Shown piece after piece: positions 39,381 through 53,823 of a stretch of DNA of 64,000 bases. The DNA is from Octopus vulgaris (Eukaryota): positions 94,178,001 through 94,242,000 of the forward strand of contig OX597823.1 of NCBI GenBank assembly GCA_951406725.2, in the 5' to 3' direction. Within the stretch, counting starts at the first letter, position 1, and every line of letters begins with the position of its first letter. The notes beneath the pieces are model-generated. The model did not search any database, had not been told where the DNA came from, and was given only the letters and a program-made list of their open reading frames with translations. The translations under genes and the position numbers were made by a program.

Positions 39381-39441
<61 letters not shown>

Positions 39442-39455
39442 CATTATTATTATTA
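38989..39455. repeat. (TTA)n array with three interspersed ttgtataa(g/t)tgaaatta motifs
   Basis: Motif near 39110, 39208 and 39288 indicates higher-order duplication. Confidence 0.85.
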
Positions 39456-39845
39456 AGGCGCCAGAATCGTTAGCCTCGCCGGGCAAAATGCTTAGCGGTA
39501 TTTCGTCTGCCGCTACGTTCTGAGTTCAAATTCTGCCGAGGTCGACTTTGCTTTTCATCCTTTCGGGGTCGATAAATTAAGTACCAGTCACGCACTGGGG
39601 TCGATATAATCGACCTAATCCGTTTGTCTCTCCTAGTTTTCCCCCTCTATTTTTAGCCCCTTGTGGGTAGTAAAGAAATAGGTATTTCGTCTGTTGCTAT
39701 GTTCTAAGTTCAAATTCTGCCAAGGTCAATTTTGCCTTTCATTCTTTCGGGATCGATAAATAAAGTACCAGTGACACACTGCAGTTGATTTAATCGACTC
39801 GTCCCCACATCCCCCAAGCTGCTCTTGTGACAAAATTTTGAAATT
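39456..39845 (+). mobile_element. SINE family B dimer: young LINE-tailed unit followed by headless older-subfamily unit
   Basis: Junction aaagaaata|ggtatttcgtc at 39681; second unit more diverged and ends cttgtgacaaaattttgaaa. Confidence 0.85.
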
Positions 39846-39879
39846 ATTATTCTTATAGTAGTTGTTGTTCTTGTTTTAC

Positions 39880-40650
39880 TTCACAGAACGTTCAATCTTG
39901 TTTGTCCTGGTAGATTCCGTGAGAGCGAAGACTAGCCTGCCGTCAGCAGTCTCACACGGTCTCTTTCCGTACATTATAAGCTTTGATACTTGGTTGTTAT
40001 TTATCGTGGGAGACATTCAACATCCAAGTACCAATGTCAATATCCTAGTTATTTCCAGTAGAGCAGGGTTTTTTTTCGCCTTGCTCTCATATCAATTCCG
40101 TTTTCTTCCACACGTTTCTCCAATTTGGTTGTTAATGCTCCGAGTGCTCTTACAACTACTAAAATGATATATACTCTCTTCATAGTCCATATTCTTGCAA
40201 TATCGTCTTTTAGTAGTCTGTACTTTTCAATTTTTTCTTGTTCTTTCTCACATCTGCCTGCATCTCCAAATGTTGCAATATCTGTGATCTTGGTTTCCTT
40301 TTTTTCTTTATCTATCACAACATTACCTGGTCTCTGAACATCGATTAGGGAGTCACATTGGATTGTAAAATCCCACAGTATCTTATATTCCCTGTTCTCG
40401 GGGACTCCTTCTGGTTCATGTTAGTACCATTTCCGTGCTGTTCAGGCAGTACTTTTCATATAGCCTCCAATGGACGAACTTAGCCACGTTATCGTGCCTC
40501 CTTTTGTAGTGCTTTTGGGCCAGCTTGATACACTCACTCACAATATGTGAGATTGTTTCGTTTCTGCTTCCACACATGCGACAAAGGGGCGATTCGCAAC
40601 TCTTATCTGTTTGAAATAATCCACTCATCCCCATTTCCCGCAAGCTGCTC
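39880..40650 (-). mobile_element. R4/Dong-like fragment (CCHC + RLE), lineage C
   Basis: CRMCGSRNETISHIVSEC..YKRRHDNVA and ITDIA...KIEKY in ORFs 40416 and 40049. Confidence 0.85.
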
Positions 40651-40688
40651 TTATGGCATAAATTTAAAATAATGAATAATTTGCACAA

Positions 40689-40731
<43 letters not shown>

Positions 40732-40786
40732 CATTATTATTATTATTATATCATCCTCATCATCATCATCATCATCATCATCATTG

Positions 40787-40817
<31 letters not shown>

Positions 40818-40842
40818 TATTATAATAATTATTATTATTATT

Positions 40843-41376
40843 GAATGAGAGAGCAGCGCATGCAATCAAAGTGACACTAGGGTACAAATGTACGAAGCCT
40901 AATATACCTATTATAAGGGTACACCAAGCACATACATCACAACCATATGTGTACGAAATGGTGAACTCATATCAAGATAAAGAGAGCATGACCTTGAAGG
41001 TGAGGCCCAGTTAGAATTTTCTTCAGGCCGAGCAGGCCATCCCACTCAAAAGGTCCCTGAATGAGGTTTGTTTTAAGGATGCTGAAGAAAACACCTATGT
41101 TTCCAGAGGTGAATTATCCAAACCTCAAAGAATTCCTCCCAATACATGGCTATAATGCTCCTCCATTACTTCATCTCGTGATCAGAGATGCACACATCAT
41201 CAGCCACAAAGGGACATGCTCAACTGGTTAAGGTCAAACAACTGACAAGCAAATCTTCGCAGAATATTTGCTGTAGCCCATCTTTTACACCAAGACAAAA
41301 CAATGTACATAATAACACTTTTTAATTAGTTAAGACTAAAAGCCATGAGATCTGCTGCCTGGTACTGCATCAGGGC

Positions 41377-41380
<4 letters not shown>
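40843..41380 (-). mobile_element. Non-coding (TAA)n-embedded interspersed repeat, longest copy
   Basis: Homologous to 12103-12510; (TTA)n on both sides. Confidence 0.75.
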
Positions 41381-41431
<51 letters not shown>

Positions 41432-41435
41432 GTTG

Positions 41436-41514
<79 letters not shown>

Positions 41515-41747
41515 TGAAGGCAGTGAGTTAGCAGGCTCGTGAGAAAGCCGGACCAAATGCTTAGCGGTATTTCTTCTACCGCTTCGTTCTGAGTTCAAAT
41601 TCCGTCGAAGTCAACTTTACCTTTCATCCTTTCGGGGTCAATAAATTAAGTACTAGTGAAACTCTGAGGTCGTTGTAATCGACACATCCTCTCCCAGAAA
41701 ATGGCTGCCGTTGTGGCAAAATTTGAAACACTATTATTTTTATTATT

Positions 41748-42668
41748 AAATGTTTGGCTTTTGTTTTGTATTTCCACAAGTTGACTCCTAGTCTCACCCA
41801 GAGATTTCAAGAGATAACAAGTTAGAAGTTCAAATTGATGTTATGCCTAGGGTGCCATACATATTTGGTTTTTCACAAAGTGTTGTTCTAGAGAATGTGT
41901 GTAAAACATAAGAAAACTAGAAGTTTCTTTTTAAAGTAATTTGATAATAAGATGATAGTGTGATGTTAAGATGATAATAAGAGACGTTTGCTATTATATT
42001 TATTTAAAAGTATTTTTGAAAATATTTACAGATTTAAACAATATTTTTGTAAGATATGAGCAGTTCCCATGAACACTATATTTTGACTTTCTTCCATTTT
42101 CTGATTTCCTGGTATCTAAGATAGGCAGCAATCAGCCCGTTTTGCTACCATTCCTAAGGTACCTACAGCAACAGGTATTGTTTTAGTTTTGAGGTTCCAC
42201 ATTTTGCCAATTTCTTTCTCAAGATCTTTATTTTTACTCAAGTTTGGTAGGTCTTGACAGATACGTTTATGTCGAATGGGACAGTCATATCAATGAGGAG
42301 GCATGTTCTTTGTCTGAAGTCTTTCAATATAATATCCGGCCTATTTGCATCTATCTTTCTGTCAATTTGAAAAGTGAAGTTCCAAAGGAGTGAGATGTGG
42401 TCATTTTCAAGCACTGGGGGTGTTTTGTGTTCTCAATAGTTTTTATCATGGGGCAGGTCCATTCTTTTGAAAATTACCCAGTGAATATATTGTGCAGCTC
42501 TATCATGCCTGTTGAGATACTCTGTAGGAGCAAGATGGTTGCACATGGAGACAACAAGTTCGATGGTTTCATTTTATTGTTTATATACACGACATATTGG
42601 GCTACTGCCGTTCTTTAAGATGTTGGCTGGGTAGCTTCTTGTTGGTAGGCATTGATCCTAGGCTGCTA
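41748..42668 (-). mobile_element. R4/Dong-like fragment (RLE + 3' UTR), lineage B
   Basis: LWNFTFQIDRKIDANRPDIILKDFRQRTCLLIDM on minus; DNA aligns to 11240-11732. Confidence 0.85.
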
Positions 42669-43035
42669 TGACAACAACAACCAAAAGAAGAAAGAAGAAG
42701 AAGAAGAAGAAGAAGAAGAAGAAGAAGAAGAAGAAGAAGAAGAAGAAGAAGAAGAAGAAGAAGAAGAAGAAGAAGAAGAAGAGTGGAGAGGGGAGAGGAG
42801 GAGAATGAGAAAACAAGAAGTAAAACTGCAACAGCAACAACAAAAATTGATTATAACGAAGATGATGCAGATGGTGATGACGCTTGTGATAATGATAAAG
42901 ACGATCATCATCATCATCATCATCATGATCATGATGACGACGACGATGATGACTACGACGATGATGATTACGACGATGATGGTGATGATGATAATTATGA
43001 CGACGACGACGACGACGATGATGATGATGATGTTG

Positions 43036-43067
<32 letters not shown>

Positions 43068-43119
43068 GATGATGGTGGTGGTGATGATGATGATGATGAT
43101 GATGATGGTGGTGGTGATG

Positions 43120-43152
<33 letters not shown>

Positions 43153-43170
43153 ATAGTGATGACGATGAAG
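42669..43170. repeat. (GAA)n and (GAT/GAC/GGT)n compound array
   Basis: Triplet arrays giving poly-E/poly-D/poly-M pseudo-ORFs; similar array at 43575-44055. Confidence 0.9.
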
Positions 43171-43610
43171 CTAATACCGACCGATGGCGAAAATAGAAAT
43201 ATTCAACCAGGAACTAATTTTAAATTCGGAGAACAAACAAAAGAAAACAATGACAAACTGCAACAACAACAGCAACAACAACAGCAACAACAACAACAAA
43301 ATCCAAAAGACCGTTAATAAAGATTATGATGTGATTTATTTCAATTGTTTTTCCATATCTTTTTTTCTTTTTTAGATTTTCGTGAATTCTTGGTTTAAAA
43401 ACCAAAAATACTCTGTGTAATGATTATAAGAAAGAGCAGGGTTGGGGTGGAGGCTGATGATTATTGGGATAAAGATGATGAATTGATGATGATGGGGTGG
43501 GTTAGGGGAGGAGGAAAGGGAGAAGGAGACAGAAAAAGTGGGGGATAATTATTTCATTGCATTTTGCCAGAGGGGTAATGTGATGGTAATGATGATGATG
43601 ATGATGATGA

Positions 43611-43676
<66 letters not shown>

Positions 43677-44259
43677 CAGTGTTGACGAAAACGATGGTGA
43701 TGCGTACGACTACGACAAAGACGATGGTGATTATGATGGTGATGATGATGAAGGTGGTTGTTGAGGTGGTGATTGAGGTTGTGTTGGTTGTGGTTGTCGT
43801 GGTGATGGTCGTGGACGTAGAGGCGGCTACATTGATGATGATGATGATGATGATGATGACAATGATGACTACGACAACGACGATGAGGAGAAGGGGCAGG
43901 TGAGGGGGACCTCGATAACAGTGATGATAATCATGGTAGCGGTGGTGGTGGTGGTGGTGGTGGTAACAGTGATGATGATTGTGGTGATGGTGATTGATAT
44001 TGATCATGATCATGACGATAATGATGACCATGATGACGGCTATGTTGATGATGAATGAGGGGTGGGGACGCCTGTAAAAAGAATTTTAAAAATACATAAC
44101 ATTGAATACCTCACAACACCTCACAACACAATGCAACCAAATGCGCCGTACACAATACTCCCGAAAAACAGCAAACTTAAATATATCTTCGTTGGGTATA
44201 TACATAAGTTATGTATGTATATATGTATGCATGTTATACATATGTATATATATATATTT

Positions 44260-44342
<83 letters not shown>

Positions 44343-44357
44343 TAATAATAACAATAA

Positions 44358-44397
<40 letters not shown>

Positions 44398-44402
<5 letters not shown>

Positions 44403-44630
44403 CTTTACTACCTACAAGGGGCTAAACACAGAGAGGACAAACAAGGACGGACAAAGGGATTATGTCGATTACATTGACCCCAGTGCGTAACTGGTACTTA
44501 ATTTATCGACCCCGAAAGGATGAAAGGTAAAGTCGACCTCGGCGGAATTTGAACTCAGAACGTAACGGCAGACGAAATAGGGCTACGCATTTCGCCCGGC
44601 GTGCTAACGTTTCTGCCAGCTCGCCGCCTT
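44398..44630 (-). mobile_element. SINE family B, young monomer inserted in (TA)n
   Basis: Full head aaggcggcgagctggcagaaacgttagc through tail gccccttgtaggtagtaaagaaa. Confidence 0.9.
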
Positions 44631-44925
44631 CGATATATATATATATAGGTGAGAAAGTTATGCATATATGAGTACAGGACATCACCAACTGTGTAAAGAA
44701 CATGAAACACGAAGACAAACGAGTTAAATACGTAAACAACGAAAGAAAAAAAATGGAAAAAAGGAAAAGTAAACACAGAAAAAGGACCGTTCATCAGTTC
44801 TCGGCTGTCTGTCTACTCCTCATTTCGAGCATATACATCTATAAAATGTATATTTAAATGCATACACATACTTATATACATACATATAAGGCACAAAAAG
44901 AAAATGACTCTCCCCAGACACCACA

Positions 44926-44984
<59 letters not shown>

Positions 44985-45129
44985 CGTATTCACGTATACA
45001 AAGAAAATGGACCAATTTGTTATAATAAAAAATTAACTATCTCAATTTTTCTATTCTTTTCTCTGCATATATATATGCTTAATATATATAATTGTTTTCA
45101 TACATTCTCCAAAATTCTAGTATTATTAT

Positions 45130-45190
<61 letters not shown>

Positions 45191-46704
45191 CATGCATATA
45201 TATATATATACATATACATGCATATATATTATATATATTATATCATATATATACTATATTATATATATATATATATATATATACATATTATATATACATA
45301 CACACACATATCTATATGTATGTATATGTGCAGATTTGTGTATTTTATGTATGTATTCTCATACATATAGTTACATATCTCGACATGCATATGACTGGAT
45401 GAATGGACGGAGGGATGGGAGGATGGATGGATCTGTGGTGCTTATACGTTAATATTTGTTTCAACTTACAATATAAACAATTTAACATCATTCTGAAGAA
45501 TTATTCTATACTTTTTAGTAGAGTTCAAAATGAGATTTTGCTAGAAGATAGGTGACAGTGACTTCGACATTCCGGGCTGCTAACCTTCGTCAGAACCTGA
45601 GCCGCGCACACGCACATTCATACACACTCCACAAAGTCCACATACATACATACATACAGTCCCACAAGCATTTTATTCCAGAAAAACGGTTGGCTTATCC
45701 GTTTTTGTTTCGTTTTTGTTTTGTTTACTTTGTTTCGTATTTGCTTTTGTTTTAATTTTTACGCCTTGCTCTAGATTTCGAATGACACTAGAAATGTCAA
45801 ACTACACACTCAAATGATAACCATTCTTGTTGACCTTCACTGGAATTCATCTGAGAAAATCTCTTCAATCCCCTCTGTGTAATCGGTTGGATCAAAGTCA
45901 ATTCCTTGTTTATTTCAGAATCTCAAACAAACCAACGCAATGAACTTCAAGCACTTATAATGTCCTTAACGAAGAGCGACCTCTCTTCAAAGTTATTTTT
46001 ATTTTCTAAGCAATCTCCTGGTTAGTGTTTAAGACTTGACTAATCCAAATTTATCCTGGTTAATCCTGATTTAGAAAAGACTGTCATGAATGGCTTTCTC
46101 TTGAGGACCATCTTATCTTCTATTCAGGCATAGTGCTTTTTATCTAGGACTACATTATCTCCCTTTAATCTCACCCGACATCTTAAACAGGAAAATGTCT
46201 TCCTAGATACATTGAACAAAAGATGGGATTTTCTCGACTAGAATGCATTTGATGTTTCCTTTACCAACATCAGAACAACATCAGTAAAACGCGCAGCGTA
46301 TGATAATAAGAGCAATGGGCTCAAATTACAGTCCAAGATTAGCAATTTGAAAGGAAACCGGTTGATCGTTTTATTGATTACAGAAAGATGAAAAGTAAAG
46401 TCGGCGTCGGCGGATTTGGAAGTAAGACTGCAAAGAGTTGGAAGAAATGCCGCTAAGCATTTTATGCCCTGCGGCAATGCTTCTGGCAGCTCATCGCCTT
46501 AATAATGGTTCTTTCCGATTTTAGCACAAGGCCAGCAATTTTGGAAGCAAGTGGTGTCGGTTCCGTCGACTTCACTGGTACTTTATTTCATCGACTCCAA
46601 ACAGATGAAGGTTAAATTCGACCTCAAACTTACTTGAACTCAGGACGTAAGGCCGGAAGGAATGCTGATAATCACTTTGTCTGGCGCATTAGCAATTGAA
46701 TCAC

Positions 46705-46765
<61 letters not shown>

Positions 46766-47986
46766 GAGAAGAAGAAGAAGAAGAAGAAGAAGAAGAAGAT
46801 GAAGATGAAGATGAAGAAGAAGAAGAAGAAGAAGAAGAAGAAGAAGAAAAAGAAGAAGAAAAAGAAGAAGAAAAAGAAGAAGAAGAAGAAGAAGAAGAAG
46901 AAGAAGAAGAAGAAGAAGAAGAAGAAGAATTCTTTCTACTATAAGCACAAGGCCAAATATTTGTGGGAAGGGGGTTGATCGATTAAATCAACAGGAGAAA
47001 TAATGAAATATTAAATAGTAACATTAATGTGATTGGTTATTGATTTCTGTAAATTGAAATGGAAATCAATAGAAATTAATTCACAATAGGAAGAATTATG
47101 AGGAGAAGGCAGAGGAGAGAGTGTTGTTGTTGTTGTTTGAGGTGGTGGTGGTGGTGGTCGTCGTCGTCGTGGTTGTGGTCGTGGTCATGTTGGGAGTGGA
47201 GCTGGTCGTTGTGGTGTTGGTACTGGTCGTGGTTAAGGTGCTGATGGTTGTAGTAGTGGCATTGCGGGAAGTGGTTATGGTGGTGGTCGTGATTTAGCAT
47301 CGAATAACAAAATGCTTTCCAGCCATGACCCCCTCGTCATTCAGGGTATCTAGAACTACATTTAACAATGTGTCCTTCCATTTTTAAGGAAGTAAGGTAT
47401 GAGATGAGAGAGATTTAATTGTTATTTCTCGCTGTTAAAAACCAGTGCGTAGATTATTCCTCTTAGACACCTTGCTTCTTGTACTTATTGTTGTTATTGT
47501 TGTTGTTGTTGTTGTTCTTCTTCTTCTTCATTATCATCTTCTTCTTCTTCTTGGTGGTGTTGGTGGCAGTGATAATGATATTTTTGACGAACTGAAAGGT
47601 TGGGCAAGAAGGGGAATCGAATAATTGTCTCTACTGTAGGCCCAAGGCCTATACATTTAGAGGCGGGGTTAGTCGACCACAATATCTAACTGGTACTTAT
47701 TTCATCAATTCCGAAAGGATGAAATGCAATGTCGATCCCCAGCTGAATTTGAACTAAGAACATAAAGACAGACGAAATGTTGCTAAGCATTTCGCCCGGC
47801 GTGCTAACGATTCCGCCAGCTCAACATCTTGAAGGAGATTTGAATAACGATAATAAAGGTTTGGGGGAGGGGCGATGACTAGGAGCAGATGGAGAAGGGA
47901 AAAAATGTAAAGCTGAAATCGGGAAGGAAAACTGCAAAACACACAAGTCAATATACATGTATATCAATATACATGTATACATGTAT

Positions 47987-48046
<60 letters not shown>

Positions 48047-48148
48047 CATACATGTATATCATCATCATCATCATCGTTTAGCGTCCATAACTCCATGCTG
48101 GCAATGGTTTTATATACATACATTTATACATATGTGTGTTTATGTGTG

Positions 48149-48179
<31 letters not shown>

Positions 48180-48918
48180 TAATAGTCCGCAACGCGCACT
48201 TGATAAAACTGCGTTTTGTGAAGCGTGGCTTAAGATGTGCAACCGGTAGAGACCTTTCTAAAGTTATGCATATCCTGTTGCGAAAGTTAGATCTAATCAT
48301 AAAAACACATGGCAGGATTTTCCAGTATTTCGAGCTTCTCAGATAAACCAACTCCGCAATCATGCAATCAGCTGGAAAATATGAAGTACATCTGTCAATA
48401 ATCTTCTAAGTTGCTGCTCGATGTTCATCTTCCTGCACCTTTAGGTCCAGGTAACTCAATACAGGGAAGTGAAATTATATCTTTTCTTGGCGCCCAAATG
48501 ATTACAGACGTTGATGGTAAAGTTACTGAAATTACAGTACTACTCCCCAGGTTTACTTTTCAGAATATATTTCACCATGATGACCTACCTTAGCCCATAA
48601 TAACCGACCCTACAATCAACCAATATGAAGCGACTTCGCAGGAGACCTGCAGGTGTCAATAATGTCAAAGTTCCATTTGTAACTGAAATATCATATTATG
48701 TAAAAGCTTGTGAAACTTTAATGCATTATTGAACCGTTAACTTGATTTAATTGTAGTTATGAACTCAATAGAATTCACTGCCTGTTGTTTCATTTCGCTG
48801 CTTCACATAAACGCATTGTCGGCGGGGGCTTGGTCTATTGACAAATTGAGGACAAACTGTTAAAAATAGAGAAATACCATTTACTCTCTTATCTGAAAGA
48901 GCCAACTGTTTTGACAAT

Positions 48919-49279
48919 GGAATAAAGATTGTTTACCAACATAACATGGCGGTTCTGGTTAAGAACGAATGTTGCTGTAATTTAGCCCCAGGAGACATCA
49001 TCTCCAGCTGGCTATACGATATGGTCTGTGTCCTTATATTTTCGAACAGGGAAATCTAGCACTCCCACTCAGCTCAAAACAATATCTGTGTATCGCGATT
49101 TCCGGGTCATTTCCCTTCATCAACACAGAGCGGGGGTGCTAGATTCCCTTGTTTGAAAATATAAGGACACAGATCGTGTTGTATAGCCAGCTGGAGACGA
49201 TGTTTCCTGGGGCTAAATTACAGCAACATTCGTCCTAAACCAGGACTGTCATGTTATGTTGGCAAACAATCTTTACTCC
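48919..49279. mobile_element. Fold-back element (~150-bp arms) with hammerhead-containing loop
   Basis: 48919-49070 is inverted with respect to 49128-49279; homologous to 30021-30344. Confidence 0.88.
49085..49129 (-). ncRNA. Minimal type-I hammerhead ribozyme variant (U3)
   Basis: Minus: tctgtg TTGATGA a ggg aaatga ccc g GAAA tcgcga TA cacaga; 6-bp stem I, palindromic stem III. Confidence 0.7.
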
Positions 49280-50284
49280 AAAATACTGTTGCTGAGATTT
49301 ACAAATAGCAATTGTTTTGACAATGTTATGTAAATGTGATTGGTATTATAGTTCTTCTGAAATGTAATCTTTGTAACAAGCTCATTATAGTTCTTTCCTT
49401 CTTGTTTTTCGTTCAATCAAAGGAGTTATAACTATCACCAGTTTAGGTACATCTGTCGCGAGTAGGAGGAGGGGAAAACCTATCCTTTGGCCAGAAACTT
49501 TCTGGTCTAAGGATATTGTGCATGTACAGTTTGTGTATTACATGTTGCTATTTATTTATTTATTTATTTATTGTTGCTGATGTTGTTCTAACTCTTGCTC
49601 TTGTTACTGATGTATCGACCAAGGTGAGCCGGGATCGAACGAGACATGTTCAAAAGCAACTAGCGCCTTACTAACTCCTTTTAGTGTAACATGAACGGTT
49701 ATGCTGCATAATATGTTCCAATTTGCAATATGGCGTGTAAGGTTTTGTAGGATAGGCTCCGGCAATGGGCCGTACACGTATTAACGGTTGTCGACGAAGG
49801 TGACGACAACGACAACGACAATGACAGCGATGGGTGAGGAGATGATGATGATGATGACGACATTTCCGGTCTCAACATCGAACTTTATAATCTAGCACCC
49901 CTTTATGGACTTTGCCCTGTTCCTATTCAAGAGGGTAGGACGTGATTTGGGGAAACATTACGTGCCATATATTTCAGGTTAAGCCAAGACGTAGATGAAT
50001 CATCGTGGCTGAGTGACGGATGTACGTCAGGATAAACATCCTCATTATGAATCTGTTAAGGTGTGCCGTGCATACGCGATGACAAAATATCACATTAAAA
50101 TGCAACACAAAGACAATATACATCATGGGTGTGAGTGGGGAGGGTCGTGTGTGTATGTGCGCGCGCACGCGCGTGTGTGTAAATTGATGGCACGTTGTAA
50201 TGATGTTGCTTTGACTCATGAATCGAATAACCAAGGGGAAAATAATATAAAATTCAAAAGTCAAAAGCAGTTATATATACTTAT

Positions 50285-50423
<139 letters not shown>

Positions 50424-50495
50424 TACATACATATATATAGATAGATAGATAGTTAGATACATACATATATACATATATGTATATATATATACATG

Positions 50496-50541
<46 letters not shown>

Positions 50542-50554
50542 CATATAGGTATAC

Positions 50555-50648
<94 letters not shown>

Positions 50649-50963
50649 TTATATATATGTATATACATGAGGAGGTGTATATAAGCACTTTCTACATTTT
50701 CCCCACTTTTTAAAATTAAAAAATATAATGGAATATTTTTTTGTTCTAAAGTAGGTCTTACTAATAACATATTTTTTTCTTGTAGCGTTTTTACTGAATC
50801 ATTTTCAGTGTATGTGTGTATGGGTGTGCCTGTATGTATGGAAAGATATCTGTATACATATATATATAATTTTTGTGTGTGTGTGTGTAGAAAAATATAT
50901 ATGTATATCGTTATATATATGTATATGTGTGTGTATGTATATATTTAGATACATATCTATCTA

Positions 50964-51001
<38 letters not shown>

Positions 51002-51058
51002 CATACATACATATATATTTATACATATATGTATGTATATATGTATGTATGTATATAG

Positions 51059-51102
<44 letters not shown>

Positions 51103-51502
51103 GTGTGGCCTTTGATTACGTCCCCTGCAGATTTGACACCGAAATGTATCATGATATAAAGCTGACGTTTATAACAATATATTTATACCCTTTCTTTTTT
51201 AAAGTTTATTTGTTTTCCTTGTTTTATCCTTTTTTTCTGCTTTGGGGTTTTGTGTGTTTTTGTTTTTTATTGTTTTCGTTTTTGTTTTTTTCTTTTGCAG
51301 ACATTTTTTGTTTTTCGTCTTTTTTCTTTTTTAATTTATATCACCTATTTTTCCTACTAGAATTTTTATCTATTTATCTATTTATTATATTCTTTTACTC
51401 CTCATATTTTTCAGAAAGAACTTTTGGGATTTGGATGACAAAAATGAAATTCCTCTACTCAGTTAAAATGCAATAACAAAAGAATAAAATTAATTATTTT
51501 AT

Positions 51503-51533
<31 letters not shown>

Positions 51534-51754
51534 AAGAAGAAGAAGAAGAAGAAGAAAAAGAAGAAGAGGAGGAAAAAGAAGAAGAAGAAGGAGAAGAAGA
51601 AGGAGGAGGAGGAGGAGGAGGAGATGATGATGATGATGATGATGAATATTGATGATGGTGATGAGGATGATGAAAAAGGAATGCGAAAAGTTACATCAAT
51701 AAAATCATCATATACATATATACACATGTGTATATATGTATGTATACAGATAGA

Positions 51755-52060
51755 TAAGTTTCTTTATTGGCCACACAGGGCTGCACACAGATGGGACAAG
51801 TTACAAGGTCGAGCTTTTCTTTTGGGGGAGAAAAAAAAAAGGTGGCGTAGGTTTTCGTTCAAAAGGGATCGTAAAAGGGAAAAAAGAACAAAAAAAGAAA
51901 AAAAGAAAAAAAAGGAAAAGGAACAAAAGAAAAGAAAAATGAAAAAAGGAGAAAAAAGAGGAAAAAAGAGGAAGAGGAAAAAAACGATCAATAGGGATCG
52001 TGTATCACAGTGTCATGATGTATGGTGTAAAGGGGAAAGCAAGTAAGGTTTATCCGTAGG
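51755..52060 (-). mobile_element. Probable 3' UTR fragment of an L1/Tx1-like LINE, embedded in (GATA)n
   Basis: Minus 3' end ttgtcccatctgtgtgcagccctgtgtggccaataaagaaa resembles the LINE end at 62531-62572. Confidence 0.55.
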
Positions 52061-52061
52061 C

Positions 52062-52163
<102 letters not shown>

Positions 52164-52164
52164 T

Positions 52165-52240
<76 letters not shown>

Positions 52241-52290
52241 CTAGATAGAGTGACAAAGAGAGAGACAGACAGACTGACAGACAGACAAGC

Positions 52291-52330
<40 letters not shown>

Positions 52331-53195
52331 GGACAGACAGACAGATAGACAGAAATTTATATAATATTTCCTATTAAATACGAGAGTGTGCTCCTGGCTT
52401 TGGGTTAAAAGAAATCTAAAAGGATCAGTTGATTATGATTTTATTCGACATATTCTCCTCTCAGATTCACACAGTTATTGCAGCGGCCCCGTAGGTTTTC
52501 TAAGCCCTGTAAAAGAACTCGGAAGATTGGGTCTCCTTCAACCAGGCCTCTGTAGCAACGATAACATTAAATGCATCCTCAAATACACATTCACACATGT
52601 ACAAAAATGCACGCTTTATAATTACGTAGACACCCTTAACCACAAATATATAGGCTTGGCTGTTTCCCCCTCAAATACGTCATTATCAGCCTGAATCGTG
52701 TCAGCACCAATGGCGGCGAGATGGCAGAATCGTTAGCGAGACGGGCAAAACAGCAGCATTTCGTTCGTCTACGTTCTGAGTTCAAATTCCCTCCGAGGTC
52801 AATATTGTCTTTCATTCTTTCAGAGTCGATAAAACAAGAACCAGATTAGCATTGCGACTGATATAATCCGGCTCCCTCCGCGCCCCCGCCTCATATGTCA
52901 AAATTTGAAACCAAATTTCAAACAGCTTTATATCATGACACTACGTCAAGTTCATCATCGTCACTTTAAATTTCGTCTCATTATGAACAACTATTGATAT
53001 AAGTGATTATTTGTCACAGAATTTTAGAAGAATGTGAAAATTAAAAATTTGTCTTTCAGATTTGTAATATACGTATAATAAAAATTGTTGCACTTTACAT
53101 ATTCATGCATTAGATGTAAACTGAGTGCCGAATTTTCATAATCTCTTTACGCAGGAAATACTCGCAGACAATTTCACTACAAATAGTTGAAGTGT

Positions 53196-53612
53196 GGCGG
53201 AAGATGGCAGAAACGTTAGCATGCCGGGCGAAATGCTTAGCGGTATTTCGTCTGCCGCTACGTTCTGAGTTCAAATTCCACCGATGTCGACTTTGCCTTT
53301 CATCCTTTCGGGGTCTATTAAATAAGTACCTGTCACGCACTGGAGTCAATATAATCGACTTAATCCGTTTGTCTGTTCTTGTTTGTCCTCTCTGTGTTTA
53401 GCCCCTTGTGGGTAGTAAAAAAAAATAGGTATTTCGTCTGCCGTTAGGTTCTGAGTTCAAATTCCGCCGAGGTCAACTCTGACTTTCATCCTTTCGGAGT
53501 CGATGAATTGAGAACCAGTTGCGCACTGGGGCCGATGTAATCGACTTAATCCGTTTGTCTGTCCTTGTTTGCCCCCTCTATGTTTAGCCCCTTGTGGGTA
53601 GTAAAGAAATAG
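53196..53612 (+). mobile_element. SINE family B head-to-tail dimer
   Basis: Junction aaaaata|ggtatttcgtctgcc at 53428. Confidence 0.9.
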
Positions 53613-53823
53613 GAAGATGGAACAGATATAGCGAAAAGGAAACAATCTTTTCTGCACAAACTGAAATTGGTTGAACTCTAAAATGACGAGAAAAATATTT
53701 CCTTCTGAACTTCTTTATTTTCCTTGGTTTTCGTGCTTAGGTATCAGAAGCAGCTTGTCAGATAAATGTTATTTCAATTGCCACAAAACATATTTGTATC
53801 GTATTGTTTTGGCGGTGCTGAGT

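Noticed and set aside
44760-44832. CTGATGA and GAAA on minus in reversed order
   Set aside because: Stems for a type II/III hammerhead do not pair.
45563-45595. CTGACGA agg..ccc GGAA tg TC hammerhead-like relic on minus
   Set aside because: GAAA disrupted and stem I marginal; counted only as decayed.
48180-48600. Complex sequence with faint Penelope-like peptides on minus
   Set aside because: Too degenerate to support without a translated search.
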